Source: an uncultured delta proteobacterium
GTDB taxonomy: Bacteria; Myxococcota_A; Polyangia; Fen-1088
Direction of reading: 5' to 3'
NCBI GenBank assembly: GCA_963796685.1
Contig: CAWCMR010000018.1
Span: forward strand, 1 to 64,000
Length of the DNA: 64,000 bases
A program made the translations under genes and the position numbers. Numbering within the stretch: position 1 is the first letter of the stretch; the number at the start of each line of letters is the position of its first letter. Below, piece after piece: positions 21,668 through 31,326 of this stretch. Below the pieces are notes generated by a model that did not search any database, was not told the origin of the DNA, and saw nothing but the letters and a program-made list of their open reading frames with translations.

Positions 21668-22413
21668 GCAGAGCGATCGAGGTGGAAGGCCTGCACTACC
21701 GCTACCACGACGGGACCGAAGCCCTGCGCGGCGTGAGCTTCACCGTCGCGCCCGGCGAGTGCGTCGGGCTCCTCGGCCCCAACGGTTCGGGCAAGTCCAC
21801 CTTGCTGTTGCACCTGAACGGAATCTTGCCCGAGAAGATCGCGGGTGACGGGGCCATCCGCATCGCGGGCCAACCCATCACCACGGTCAACCTCGAATCC
21901 GTACGGCGCCAGGTGGGGCTCTTGTTCCAGGATCCCGATGACCAGCTCTTCTGTCAGACGGTGGAGGAAGACGTGGCTTTCGGCCCACAACAGCTCGGGT
22001 TGGCGGGGCGTGAGCTCGGCGCGCGGGTGGAACGAGCCCTCGCCATGGTCGGGCTTGCGGGGTACGGCCATCGCGCCACGCACCACCTGAGCCACGGGGA
22101 AAAGCGACGCGTGTGCCTGGCCGGCGTGTTGGCCTGCGAGCCAAGCGTCCTTGTCCTCGACGAGCCGACCAGCGATCTCGATCCGCGCGGACGGCGTGAA
22201 TTCAAGGCCCTCCTGCAAGGGATCGCCGCGGCCAAGCTGATCGCGACGCACGACCTAGAGTGGGTGGTCGAATTGTGCTCGCGGGTGATCGTGCTCGACG
22301 GCGGAAGGGTGGTCGCCGACGGCCCGACGGTCGAGATCTTGAATGACGAGGTGCTGATGCTGGCACACGGCCTGGAGCGCCCGCACATCCTGCGCCACCA
22401 CCATCCGCACTAG
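21664..22413 (+). CDS. nikO: ECF transporter ATPase NikO/CbiO
   Basis: GPNGSGKST, FQDPDDQLF, LSHGEKRR, LDEPT. Confidence 0.92.
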   Translation: MSRAIEVEGLHYRYHDGTEALRGVSFTVAPGECVGLLGPNGSGKSTLLLHLNGILPEKIAGDGAIRIAGQPITTVNLESVRRQVGLLFQDPDDQLFCQTVEEDVAFGPQQLGLAGRELGARVERALAMVGLAGYGHRATHHLSHGEKRRVCLAGVLACEPSVLVLDEPTSDLDPRGRREFKALLQGIAAAKLIATHDLEWVVELCSRVIVLDGGRVVADGPTVEILNDEVLMLAHGLERPHILRHHHPH

Positions 22414-22572
22414 AGCACCGAACGGGTTGAGGGACCGAGTGAAATTGCGCAGTTGCGAGCGGCCCAAGGCGCGAGGAGGGAGAATACTCGACGTATTTGA
22501 CCGACGAGCAACGCAGGGACGCGACGCAAATGCGCGATTTCACGACGGGAGTCAACCCGTTCGGTGCTCTAG
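22410..22572. mobile_element. MITE-like element, copy 1
   Basis: Perfect 21-bp TIR CTAGAGCACCGAACGGGTTGA...TCAACCCGTTCGGTGCTCTAG; no convincing ORF; supplies the nikO stop codon. Confidence 0.82.
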
Positions 22573-22579
22573 CAGCGGG

Positions 22580-23623
22580 TCAAGGTTCGTCGGCCGACGC
22601 GAACTGCAGGGGGACGCTCAGGCGCTGGCCGCTGCTGGTGCCAGGGATGGTCGTCTTTGCCAAGTTCTTGGCCACGCAACTCACCAGGGTGTCGTCCTCA
22701 AGCGAGCTCATCTCGACGTTCGTGGCCTCGACCCGATTGCCCGGACCGATGCGGATGCCCACGACCAGCGTCCCGCGTAGGGCGGGGCGCGCGATCAGCA
22801 CGCGCTCGTAGCAGGGCTGCGCACGCTCGGCCAGAATGCCCAAGGCTCGCGTCAAGCCGGTCGGTAGATCCTTGCCGTCGGCCGCACGTGGTTTGTACAC
22901 CCTCACCTTGGGCGAGCGAACCGGAAGCATGGAGGACGCGTCGGCGTACTCGCCGGTATCGCCGCGCGAGAGCACGGTTCCGTTTGCGGCGACCAGCGCC
23001 GTGCCCAGGACTTCGATCTCCATCTTGACCACGCGTCCGCCGCCCAGCCAAACGCAGGTATCCTTGCGCAGCTGTGAACCGGCCGGGCGGAAGAGCACGC
23101 GCAGGGCGATTTTGCCGTCCGCTCGCTGGGTGGCCACGCGATCCGCCAGGTTGGGCGCCAGCACGAATCCAGGCGTGGGCTCATTGCTGGGGATGATCAG
23201 CTCGGCGCCGTCGCCGAGCACCAGGTTGCGCTCGGTGTCGAGCACGAGTCGGCGATCGCCAAGATCGTAGCTGCGGAAACCGAACCCCGAAGAGGGTACG
23301 AGCGCGACGTAACGCCGGGCCAGCGCGTCCTGCCGCCGTTGCGCGCGCGCTTCGCTGGCTCGCGCCTGCTGGACGGGGTTGCCGTCGGTGCTCGCGTCGC
23401 TCTCGTCGCGTAGCGATTCACACAGGGCCACGAGTCCATCCGGGCCGTTCACGCTGGATGCATCCCCGCTGCGTGCAGGTCCTGCGCCTGGCGTGGGGGA
23501 CGGCTGCACGGGCTGCTGCTCCGGCGGCAAGGGGAAAGCACCGGACGCCTCACCCGGCAGCGTGGTGGCACAGCCCGCAAGCAGGGCCAGACCCGATAGC
23601 GAAAGCATTCGTCTTGTCCACAT
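22580..23623 (-). CDS. lipoprotein with C-terminal AgmX/PglI (TonB_C-like) domain
   Basis: Lipobox LAGC; C-terminus CYERVLIARPALRGTLVV...VSCV..PLQF. Confidence 0.7.
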   Translation of the reverse strand: MWTRRMLSLSGLALLAGCATTLPGEASGAFPLPPEQQPVQPSPTPGAGPARSGDASSVNGPDGLVALCESLRDESDASTDGNPVQQARASEARAQRRQDALARRYVALVPSSGFGFRSYDLGDRRLVLDTERNLVLGDGAELIIPSNEPTPGFVLAPNLADRVATQRADGKIALRVLFRPAGSQLRKDTCVWLGGGRVVKMEIEVLGTALVAANGTVLSRGDTGEYADASSMLPVRSPKVRVYKPRAADGKDLPTGLTRALGILAERAQPCYERVLIARPALRGTLVVGIRIGPGNRVEATNVEMSSLEDDTLVSCVAKNLAKTTIPGTSSGQRLSVPLQFASADEP

Positions 23624-23730
23624 CGCCCTGGGATCATACCCCTACGTTGCTTGTGAAGGTCCAGTCGATTCTGTCGAATCAAGCATCGCGAATCTTGCGT
23701 GCGCGCTCACATCGCGGCAATATGTCGCCC

Positions 23731-23934
23731 ATGCCCATCAAAGCCAAGAAATCAACCAAAGCCAAGAAGTCAACCACAGCCAAGAAGGCGCCAGCCAAGA
23801 AGAAGGTTGCCGCCGCCAAGAAGCCTGCCAAGAAGCCCGCCAAGAAGCTCGGGGCGAAGAAGGCCAAGACCGCTGGCAAGTCGGCCATGCGGAGCGCCCG
23901 CGCGATGTCCATGCGCGGCTGCTGCTGCGGCTAA
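23731..23934 (+). CDS. small histone H1-like basic protein ending in GCCCG
   Basis: Lys/Ala/Pro repeats (KKPAKKPAKK) with strongly biased AAG/GCC codons, followed by a terminator. Confidence 0.8.
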   Translation: MPIKAKKSTKAKKSTTAKKAPAKKKVAAAKKPAKKPAKKLGAKKAKTAGKSAMRSARAMSMRGCCCG

Positions 23935-23967
23935 CTCCGACACGCGGACATCGTCCGCATCAACACG

Positions 23968-23998
23968 AAAGGGCGATCCCTCGCGGGACCGCCCTTTT
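23968..23998 (+). terminator. intrinsic terminator / left copy of a 28-bp direct repeat
   Basis: AAAGGGCGATCCCTCGCGGGACCGCCCTTTT stem-loop with T tract. Confidence 0.75.
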
Positions 23999-24068
23999 GG
24001 TTTATGGAGGGCGACACCTCCGTCGTCCTTGACGCGTGTTGCCCGAAGGCTAGAGTAATCGTACTGCC

Positions 24069-25400
24069 ATGGCACTTCTCGGAAGCGATACCGCCGTGAC
24101 TGGGCCTTTCCCGCAGGGCGTGTTGCTCCTCGAAACCCTGCATGGCCACGAAGCACTGGGGCGGCCGTACCGGTTCGAGCTCAGCCTGCTTTCGAAAGAG
24201 CCGAACCTCGATCCCGACGAGGTGCTCGGCCAGCCGCTCGCCATCGGCATCCAGCTTGGCACCGGTAAGGAGCGTTTCTTTCACGGCCTCGTGACCGGGT
24301 TCCACAAGGCCGGGGCCACGCAACTGCACACGCGCTACGCGGCCGAGCTGCGGCCGGTACTGAGCCTGTTCGACCACACCTTCGACTGCCGCGTCTTCAA
24401 CGATCCCGCGCAGGACGCGCTTTCCATCGTGAAGGCGGTGTTGGCCTAGCGCGGGCTCGGCGACGTCGAATCGGGGTCGATCCAGGACCACGTCTACCGC
24501 GCTCGCGAATTCTGCGTGCAGTACCGTGAGAGCCATCTGAATCAGCGACGAACCGTTCAAGGCGACCTACCAGTTGCTCGACAGCCACACGCAGTTTCGC
24601 CCGGCCCGGGTCACACGCAAGCCGCACATGCCGGGCCGGCAGACGGCGCTGGTGGTGGGCCCCGCGAACGAGGAGATTTGGACCGACAAGCACGGGCGCG
24701 TGATGGTGCAGTTCGACTGGGATCGGCTGGGCGAGCGCAACGAGAAGTCGTCGTGCTGGATACGCGTGGCGCAGGCGTGGTCGGGGGGAAGGTTCGGCGC
24801 GCAATACCTGCCGCGCGTCGGCCAGGAAGTGATCGTGGCGTTTCTCGACGGCGATCCCGACCGGCCCATCATCACGGGCAGCCTGTTCAACAAAGACAAC
24901 ATGCCGCCGTACGATCTGCCAGCCAATCAAACCCAAAGCGACATCAAGAGCCGCAGCAGCAAAGGCGGGACGGCGAGCAACTTCAACGAGCTACGCTTCG
25001 AAGATAAGAAAGGCCAGGAAGAGCTGCACTTCCAAGCCGAGAAGGACATGTCGACGTTGGTCAAGCACGACCAGACCCTGCACGTGGGCGTGAACCGCGG
25101 CATCGTCGTGGGCAACGACGAAACCAATCTGGTGAAGAACGAGCGCCAGCTCAGCGTCGACGCAAACGACAGCGTGGTCATCGGCGGCACGCACGACAAG
25201 ACGGTGACCGGCGCGGTCACGCAGCTCTACGGCAGCGACCACAGCCGCAAGGTGGACGGCGAGCAGGCCTTTTTCGAGGAGAAGAACAAGGACGAGCACG
25301 TGCGGCTGGCCCACAAGCTGACCACCGACAAGAAACTCCAGCTCAACCAAGGCGCGACCAGCATGACGTTCAAGGGCACCAACGTGACCGTGGAGGAAGC
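24069..25400 (+). pseudogene. vgrG: type VI secretion spike VgrG remnant
   Basis: GHEALGRPYRFEL, in-frame TAG at 24447, REFCVQYRES, then a jump to QTALVVGP..EEIWTDKHGRV..SCWIRVAQAW..PRVGQEVIVAFLDGDPDRP..NELRFEDKKGQEE; internal deletion near 24545, C-terminus lost. Confidence 0.9.
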
Positions 25401-25568
25401 CACCGCGATGGAAAGTTCAACCTGGTGTGATCATGTCCACTGGCCTTGCCGTTCCAGGGGAGTACTACTGGGACTTCCGCGATTGGCTCAAGACAAGATG
25501 CCAGGGCGAGGAGTGGGTCGAACTGTTGCCATAGAGTGGACCAAGAGACCTGGAAAACACGAGATCAT

Positions 25569-26383
25569 ATGCCAACGAACAGGACGCGCGCGTTCTTCAG
25601 ACTCCTCGTTGTCGTGCTCTGCGTACCCGCCTGCCGCTGCGGAAACTGCAGTACACCGAAAGGAAATATGATGGGGTACAAGATTGAATATTGGTCAAAT
25701 CGCGCCAGCGACGCGCATCCGACAGTCCTGACCGTCTCTCTTGCGGACGCCGCAGGAACGACATCGCACTTTCAGAGCTCCGGAACGAACATCAACAGTT
25801 TGTGGATCTCACCAAGACTCAGCTCGTCGGCACACGTCCATCGCTTGTCCAAGCTCCAATCATTGCGATCGCGCCGCATCGGGATCTTGCGTTCAATTTC
25901 GTGGCTGCCTTGGTTCTACCCAAAGGCAACTACGATGTCTGGCTGGTGCTTGACACACCGCTAATGAATGCACGAGGTTCGCAGATCATGCAAACAGAAA
26001 TCGTCTCGAAGAAGGAGCAGCAGCGTATCTTCTATGCGACTTCGGAGAGTGGGCCTGGAATCCGCCGGAGACGGCTTGTCATATTCACACGAGGGTCTCG
26101 GTATCTCGGCGCTGACGGTGAAGGCGACAAGAATTGCCGTAGGACCGTGATCGCGTATGGTGCCCCTCTCGATCCACCGCCCGGAAAATGGCCATCGGCC
26201 GCGTCCAAGGTACTTGCTCACCTCGATCAGCGCCGGCGTATTGCCGGTAGTCGCCCTTCCGACTGGGCGATCTTCGCAGCGGTTCGCGTCGCGCCGACAG
26301 ATGTTTCGACGTGGCTGCATGATGCTGCGCCGTCGTCTGGCGATGACGGGTTTGACTACCGGCCGATGCTTGCCGCCCGCTAG
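25569..26383 (+). pseudogene. lower-GC ORF remnants downstream of vgrG (possible effector/immunity debris)
   Basis: Signal-like MPTNRTRAFFRLLVVVLCVPAC; atypical codon usage; no family recognised. Confidence 0.3.
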
Positions 26384-26622
26384 AACGTGAAATCGGAAGC
26401 GGAGTTCTTCAATCGTGGCTCGACCCAGCTTGTCGTCTTTCGTCCAGAGGGGGTAGTGGTGGTCTTTGTCCAGGCAATGTGAGTTCGGGGCGGCACCCCC
26501 GTGCGCGGTGATCGCATCCTGCATCTTTGCCATCCCGTAGAGCACGTCGCAGCACCAGACCGGGTGCAGGTTCAAGGCCTGTGGCCCAAAACGCCGATCA
26601 TCGAACGGGATGAAATGAAAAG

Positions 26623-26650
26623 AAGGGCGATCCCTCGCGGAACCGCCCTT
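26623..26650. repeat. right copy of the 28-bp direct repeat (hairpin)
   Basis: AAGGGCGATCCCTCGCGGAACCGCCCTT, 27/28 identical to 23969-23996. Confidence 0.8.
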
Positions 26651-26680
26651 GATTCTTCAACTGCGTAGTGATGGTAATGC

Positions 26681-28222
26681 CTACGGACAGGTCAACCCTG
26701 GTCCCACGTTCGCAGCCTCGGTATTTGCGTTTGCTGTATCGACCGCGTTGTGGGCATAGGTGTTGTTCGTAAGTTGGAGGGTCGGCAGCGGAGTCGTGGA
26801 CGTGCAATCCAGCTCGATGCCATAGCCGAGACTGTAGGTGAACGAAGAGTTGTTCACCTGGAGGGATGCAGTGGCGGTGGGGCCGTACAGGTTGAGGTCG
26901 CCTCCACTGGCGTCGGTGCCGCCGTAGGAGAAGTCCGCATAGCTGATCTGTGCCTTGCCTCCATAGTCGACGAAGAGACCGCTCCAGTCACCCGGAGCTT
27001 GTGTAGCCGCCAACGACGTGAAGATGACGTGGTTGGCAGCAATGCCTGCGACGACAAGCTGGCCGACGTCGGGAGAGCCGACGTCCCATTCGACACCGGC
27101 ACCGAACTTGAAGGTCATTCCAGGGCCGATGGTGAGGACGGGGCTGCTTGTGGCGCCAACATTCACACGATCGGTGACAGCGATGGACGTCCCCGGATCG
27201 ACCCAGGATGTGGTCGAGGTAATGTTCCCGCCCCGAATCTCGATCATGGCGCTAGCGTTGAAGACGTTGGTCGCGCCGATGCCGGCGAACGAAGGCGCCA
27301 GAACGGAGATGGCGTATTGCTGGGTTGGGGCGGAGGGGATATTGCTGAAGGTCGAGCTGGTGATTGCGAAGTTCGAGGCGGCATCTTCCTCGAAAATGCC
27401 ATCGGAGCCCGGTCCAACATGGTCGATGGTCAGATGATCCAGGGTTACTCGGCCGGGCTTCACGCCCCCAGTCGCATAGATACAGGCATATTGATCGAAA
27501 CCGCAGTAGTCCAGCTTGACATACGCGATCTGGGTACCACCCATGACGTTGCTGCCCATGTAAATGCCGGTCCAATCACCGGCCGCTGGCGATGCTGCGG
27601 CCGAGGTAAGGGTGATCCGATCTGCCGCCGTACCCACCGCAACAAGCTTGGCATTGTCCTGGTTGCCAACGTCGAGCTCTGTGCCGCTTGCGAACTTGAG
27701 CACGACGCCTGCCTCGATGGTCAGCGTTGCGTTCCCCGTGACCGTGATGCTGGTTGCGATGTCGTACGGGCTGCAGGCCTTGGTCAGGGTCAGGTTGGCG
27801 GTTACATCTCCGCCCGTGAATGGCGTCGTCATCGTGCAGACCGAGGCGGAGTCGATGGGCGGGTTGGCCTCTCCGTTTGCCTCTGCGGCAGCGGTATCGA
27901 GAGGGGCTGTCGGGGTATCAATCGTGCCCGTGTCGAGCTGGAACGGCACGTCCGGTGGATTGGCCACATCGAGGGCTGCTGCATCCACCACGGTGCTGTC
28001 GGGCTGGACCGCATCGACCGGAGGAGGCGTGCTATCGAGCGCTCCTGCATCCAGTATCGAGCCACCTGTCCCGCCACCGCCGCCATCGTACTTGATTGCC
28101 CCGCCCATACCGCCACCCGATCCTCCGGTTCCGTTGTTGTTTCCGCTGTCGCCACATCCCACCAGGAGGAATGGCGTCGCGGAGAGCACGAGAGCCAGTG
28201 CACGCGCAGTTCGCTTGTTCAT
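26681..28222 (-). CDS. surface lipoprotein with duplicated beta-helix-like domains
   Basis: Lipobox LVGC, Gly- and Asp/Pro-rich linker, twice LTIx(A/P)GxxxKFxxG...FTS/LTS...GDWxG. Confidence 0.8.
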   Translation of the reverse strand: MNKRTARALALVLSATPFLLVGCGDSGNNNGTGGSGGGMGGAIKYDGGGGGTGGSILDAGALDSTPPPVDAVQPDSTVVDAAALDVANPPDVPFQLDTGTIDTPTAPLDTAAAEANGEANPPIDSASVCTMTTPFTGGDVTANLTLTKACSPYDIATSITVTGNATLTIEAGVVLKFASGTELDVGNQDNAKLVAVGTAADRITLTSAAASPAAGDWTGIYMGSNVMGGTQIAYVKLDYCGFDQYACIYATGGVKPGRVTLDHLTIDHVGPGSDGIFEEDAASNFAITSSTFSNIPSAPTQQYAISVLAPSFAGIGATNVFNASAMIEIRGGNITSTTSWVDPGTSIAVTDRVNVGATSSPVLTIGPGMTFKFGAGVEWDVGSPDVGQLVVAGIAANHVIFTSLAATQAPGDWSGLFVDYGGKAQISYADFSYGGTDASGGDLNLYGPTATASLQVNNSSFTYSLGYGIELDCTSTTPLPTLQLTNNTYAHNAVDTANANTEAANVGPGLTCP

Positions 28223-28356
28223 GTCAGTAATCCTTTCAGCAAGTTCGTCGTTTAAGAGCCGACCGCCCGGGACTATAAACCCGGTCGGGTTGCAATAGTA
28301 GACGGGTGTATTGGATTCGGTATTCTTGGGAATCGTCGGATCGTTGCGTTGACGGG

Positions 28357-29121
28357 CTAATTGGACGGAGGGAATGGCCCCAGGACTCGGACGCGCCGGT
28401 TCAACCACCAGGCCAACACCATGCCGGCGGCGAGGAACAGTATCCCAATCAATTCCGACGTTTGTGGCACGAATGGCGCGGCCAACACCAGGCCCCAGGC
28501 AACGAGCGTGAATACGAAATAGGCTTTGAGCGTCGCTATGACCGAGCTTTGTTGTGACATGGGTGTCGCGGTGGAAATATGTTTCTTCGTTGCTTCCCCA
28601 CTCTGCGTTTGTTGCCCAATAGGCGCGGGCGTCTCCGGTACGTCCTGTGCTGATTGGGGAGCGAGCTTTGCGCCGTGCTGATTCTTGATCGAGTCGGCGA
28701 TGCCGCCGAAGATGGGCGGGACGTAGCGGACGACGAAGGCGCCGTAGACGAGCAGGGCGGCGACGACTTGGGAACGAAGCCCGCCACGACCGCCCGAGCC
28801 CTGGTGCACGGCCATCCCGATGACCAGACCGGCGAGCACGGCCAGCGGCGAAAGGGGTCTTCCGGTGAATCGATTGGCCACAAACCAAAGCACGGCAAAG
28901 ACCGCCGCTGCGGCCAGCCCGAGGATGGTAGCGCGCCGCCTTCGGCCCGGCCCCGCGTGCTTGCTCTCGATCCTGCCGGCGCACTCCGGGCAAAGCAGCA
29001 GGCCGCGCAGGGTGAAGAAGTCAGCCGCAATCGGCATACGGCACAGGCTGCACCGCCGAGCGAGCTCGCCCGTCGTGGCTTCCACTTCGTCCGTGCCGGG
29101 ATGCTGGTCGTCTGCGTGCAA
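28357..29121 (-). CDS. membrane protein with N-terminal zinc ribbon
   Basis: CSLC...CPEC followed by several TM helices. Confidence 0.7.
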   Translation of the reverse strand: MHADDQHPGTDEVEATTGELARRCSLCRMPIAADFFTLRGLLLCPECAGRIESKHAGPGRRRRATILGLAAAAVFAVLWFVANRFTGRPLSPLAVLAGLVIGMAVHQGSGGRGGLRSQVVAALLVYGAFVVRYVPPIFGGIADSIKNQHGAKLAPQSAQDVPETPAPIGQQTQSGEATKKHISTATPMSQQSSVIATLKAYFVFTLVAWGLVLAAPFVPQTSELIGILFLAAGMVLAWWLNRRVRVLGPFPPSN

Positions 29122-29186
29122 GAGAACCTCGTCCGATGGGAACCTCGTCCACTGCTCGCCCAGTGTACCAGTGTAGAGTCGGAGGC

Positions 29187-29570
29187 ATGCGTCCCACGTA
29201 CGTCCACCACATCGCGGTGAAGGTCATCGACTTGGCCCGCGTGGAGGCCTTTTACGCCGCCGTGCTGGGTCTGCCCGTGTTGCGGCGCTGGCCATCGCCC
29301 GACGGCGGCGAGCGATCGGTCTGGCTCGATCTGGGCGCGGGCGCGTTCTTGGCCTTGGAGCGTGCGGAGCGGCGCGAGCCCGAAAAGGCCGAGGACGCGC
29401 CCGGGATCCACCTCGTGGCCCTGCACATCGCACGCAGCGAGCGCGAGGCGTGGATCGCCAGGCTCGAGCAGGCCGGGCACCCCGTCTACCAACAGACCGC
29501 CCACACGATCTATGTGCGCGATCCCGAGGGCAACCGCATCGGGCTGTCCCACTGGCCGGAAGATCGCTGA
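29187..29570 (+). CDS. VOC/glyoxalase family protein
   Basis: HHIAVKVIDL..FYAAVLGL, IYVRDPEGNRIGLS. Confidence 0.9.
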   Translation: MRPTYVHHIAVKVIDLARVEAFYAAVLGLPVLRRWPSPDGGERSVWLDLGAGAFLALERAERREPEKAEDAPGIHLVALHIARSEREAWIARLEQAGHPVYQQTAHTIYVRDPEGNRIGLSHWPEDR

Positions 29571-29585
29571 TCGTTTCGCTGACCG

Positions 29586-31158
29586 CTACTGCGACTTGGG
29601 GCGTGTGCCCAGCCACTGGCCGAGCGAGGCGACGCGCGTCCCGGGTTCGAGCTTGTCGAACTGGGCGAGCAGCCAGTCCGCGGCGACGAGTCTCCCCTTG
29701 CCCCGGAGCAGCGCCGCGAAGGAAGGCGCGAAAGTCTCGTTCGTCGGCGCCGCAACCGCCGCGGCTCGCTGGTCTTTGTCCAAGGCCGGCCCGGCCAGGA
29801 TCTGCAGCTCGGGTTTCGTCGCAGTGGCCAGGGTGGCTTGAACCTTGGCCGCGTACTCGTCGCGCCGAGCGGCCAGGGCACGGGCAGCCGCAAGTCGGAT
29901 GCGCGGATTGTCCTTGCGTAGGAAGCGTCCAAGCATGTCGGCCGAGGCCGACCCGGACAGCTCGGCCAGCTCGGGTGCGATGGTGACGTAGACGACGGGA
30001 TCTTTCTCCCTGAAGATCAGGAACAACTGCGGGAGCGCCGCCTCGCCACCAACGCGAACCAAGGCCGCCGCCGCGGCCGCGCGTACGGCCACCGACTTGT
30101 CACGCAGAAGGGGCGTCAGGCGGAAGACGGCGCCCTTTCCGGCGCCCGGTCGCGCCTCGGCAAGAATGGCCGCAGCGGCAACGTTGGGCTCCGGATCCTT
30201 CAGCTCGTCCTTGAGCGCGGCCCGGGCCTCGGCGCTGTCGCTGTGGCCAAGGCTCGCAAGCGCCAGCGTCCGCTCCTCGCGCCCGGCGGAGCGGTTCTTG
30301 GCCGTGGCAATGACGAGCTCCAGGCACTCGCCGTCCGTGCCCTCGCCAAGCGCCCACAAGAAACGTTCGCGCGCCTCGCCGGATTTGCCCTTGTTGAGAT
30401 AGTCCTTGATGAGCGGACAGATGGGGATCTTCAGGGCCGCGAGCCCGTGCACCACGCCGAAGGTCGGCTCTTTCGCGGCCGCCTGGCGCAGCCGCTCGGC
30501 CCCGCGGTCGTCACCCGCGACGGCGTTGGCCGCGGCGACGTCCACGGCCAGGAGCTTGTCGTTCTCCATGCCGTCGAGCCACGCGCGCGCGAAAACGTCC
30601 ATTCCGGCCAGGCGGTCCTGGTCGTCCGTCTTCTTCGAGCCGGGCAACCGCGGCGTCATCCCGCTTCTGGGCTACCATGGCCTTCAGCGCATCGGCCAAC
30701 GGCAGCTCGCGATGGGCGAGGGCCAGCCCCGAACAACGGCGGTCGTTGCGGGCGAAGGTCCAGCGCAAATGGACCTTGCCGTCGTCGGACAGGACGTCTC
30801 CCGGCGCGCTAGCGAATGGGCCGGATGCCTTGACGACATCCACGGCCGAAGCATCGAATTCGGCGGCCCCCGATGCTTTCGCGACCCGAACGTCGAGCAG
30901 CTTGCCCTGGGCCGAGAGAACGAGCTCCAGATCCGCGGCCCGAGACATCACGTTGATGGGGTGGTCCTTGGGCAACTGGGTCGCCGCCATGGCCAGAAAG
31001 TTGTCGGTCCACAGGCGGTGCACCTTCGTGTGCAGCTCGCGCAGGTAGGGCAGGGCGCTTCCCTCGCCCTGCACGGCCGGCTCGTCGCCCGCGCGGACGA
31101 CCGCTGGTGCGAGGAGCAATCCGAAAATGGCCCAAACCACGGTCGCGCGCTTCGACAT
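29586..31158 (-). CDS. TonB_C-domain plus HEAT-repeat exported protein (frameshift near 30640)
   Basis: Signal peptide; ASGAAEFDASAVDVV..PF..SDDGKVHLRWTFARNDRRC; HEAT repeats (LRDKSVAVRAAAAAAL). Confidence 0.75.
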
Positions 31159-31212
31159 CGAGATCTCCCGAGGGGAAATGAGACATCTACTATAACGCAG
31201 GTGGGATGAACT

Positions 31213-31322
31213 CACCACAGAGGCACGGAGAGCACAGAGGGCGGATAAGAAAAGGGTCCGGATCGTGCGGATCCGAACCCCTTCCTTCTTGTCCGACTCT
31301 GCGACTCTGCGTCTCTGTGGTG
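31213..31322. repeat. CACAGAG-type periodic palindromic element, copy A
   Basis: CACCACAGAGGCACGGAGAGCACAGAG...CTCTGCGACTCTGCGTCTCTGTGGTG with inner AAGGGTCCGGATC..GATCCGAACCCCTT. Confidence 0.8.
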
Positions 31323-31326
31323 CGTC

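Noticed and set aside
28255-28292. Hairpin upstream of the lipoprotein gene as a c-di-GMP riboswitch
   Set aside because: It lacks the GGCAAA/GAAA GEMM signature on the coding strand; only a generic stem-loop is supported.
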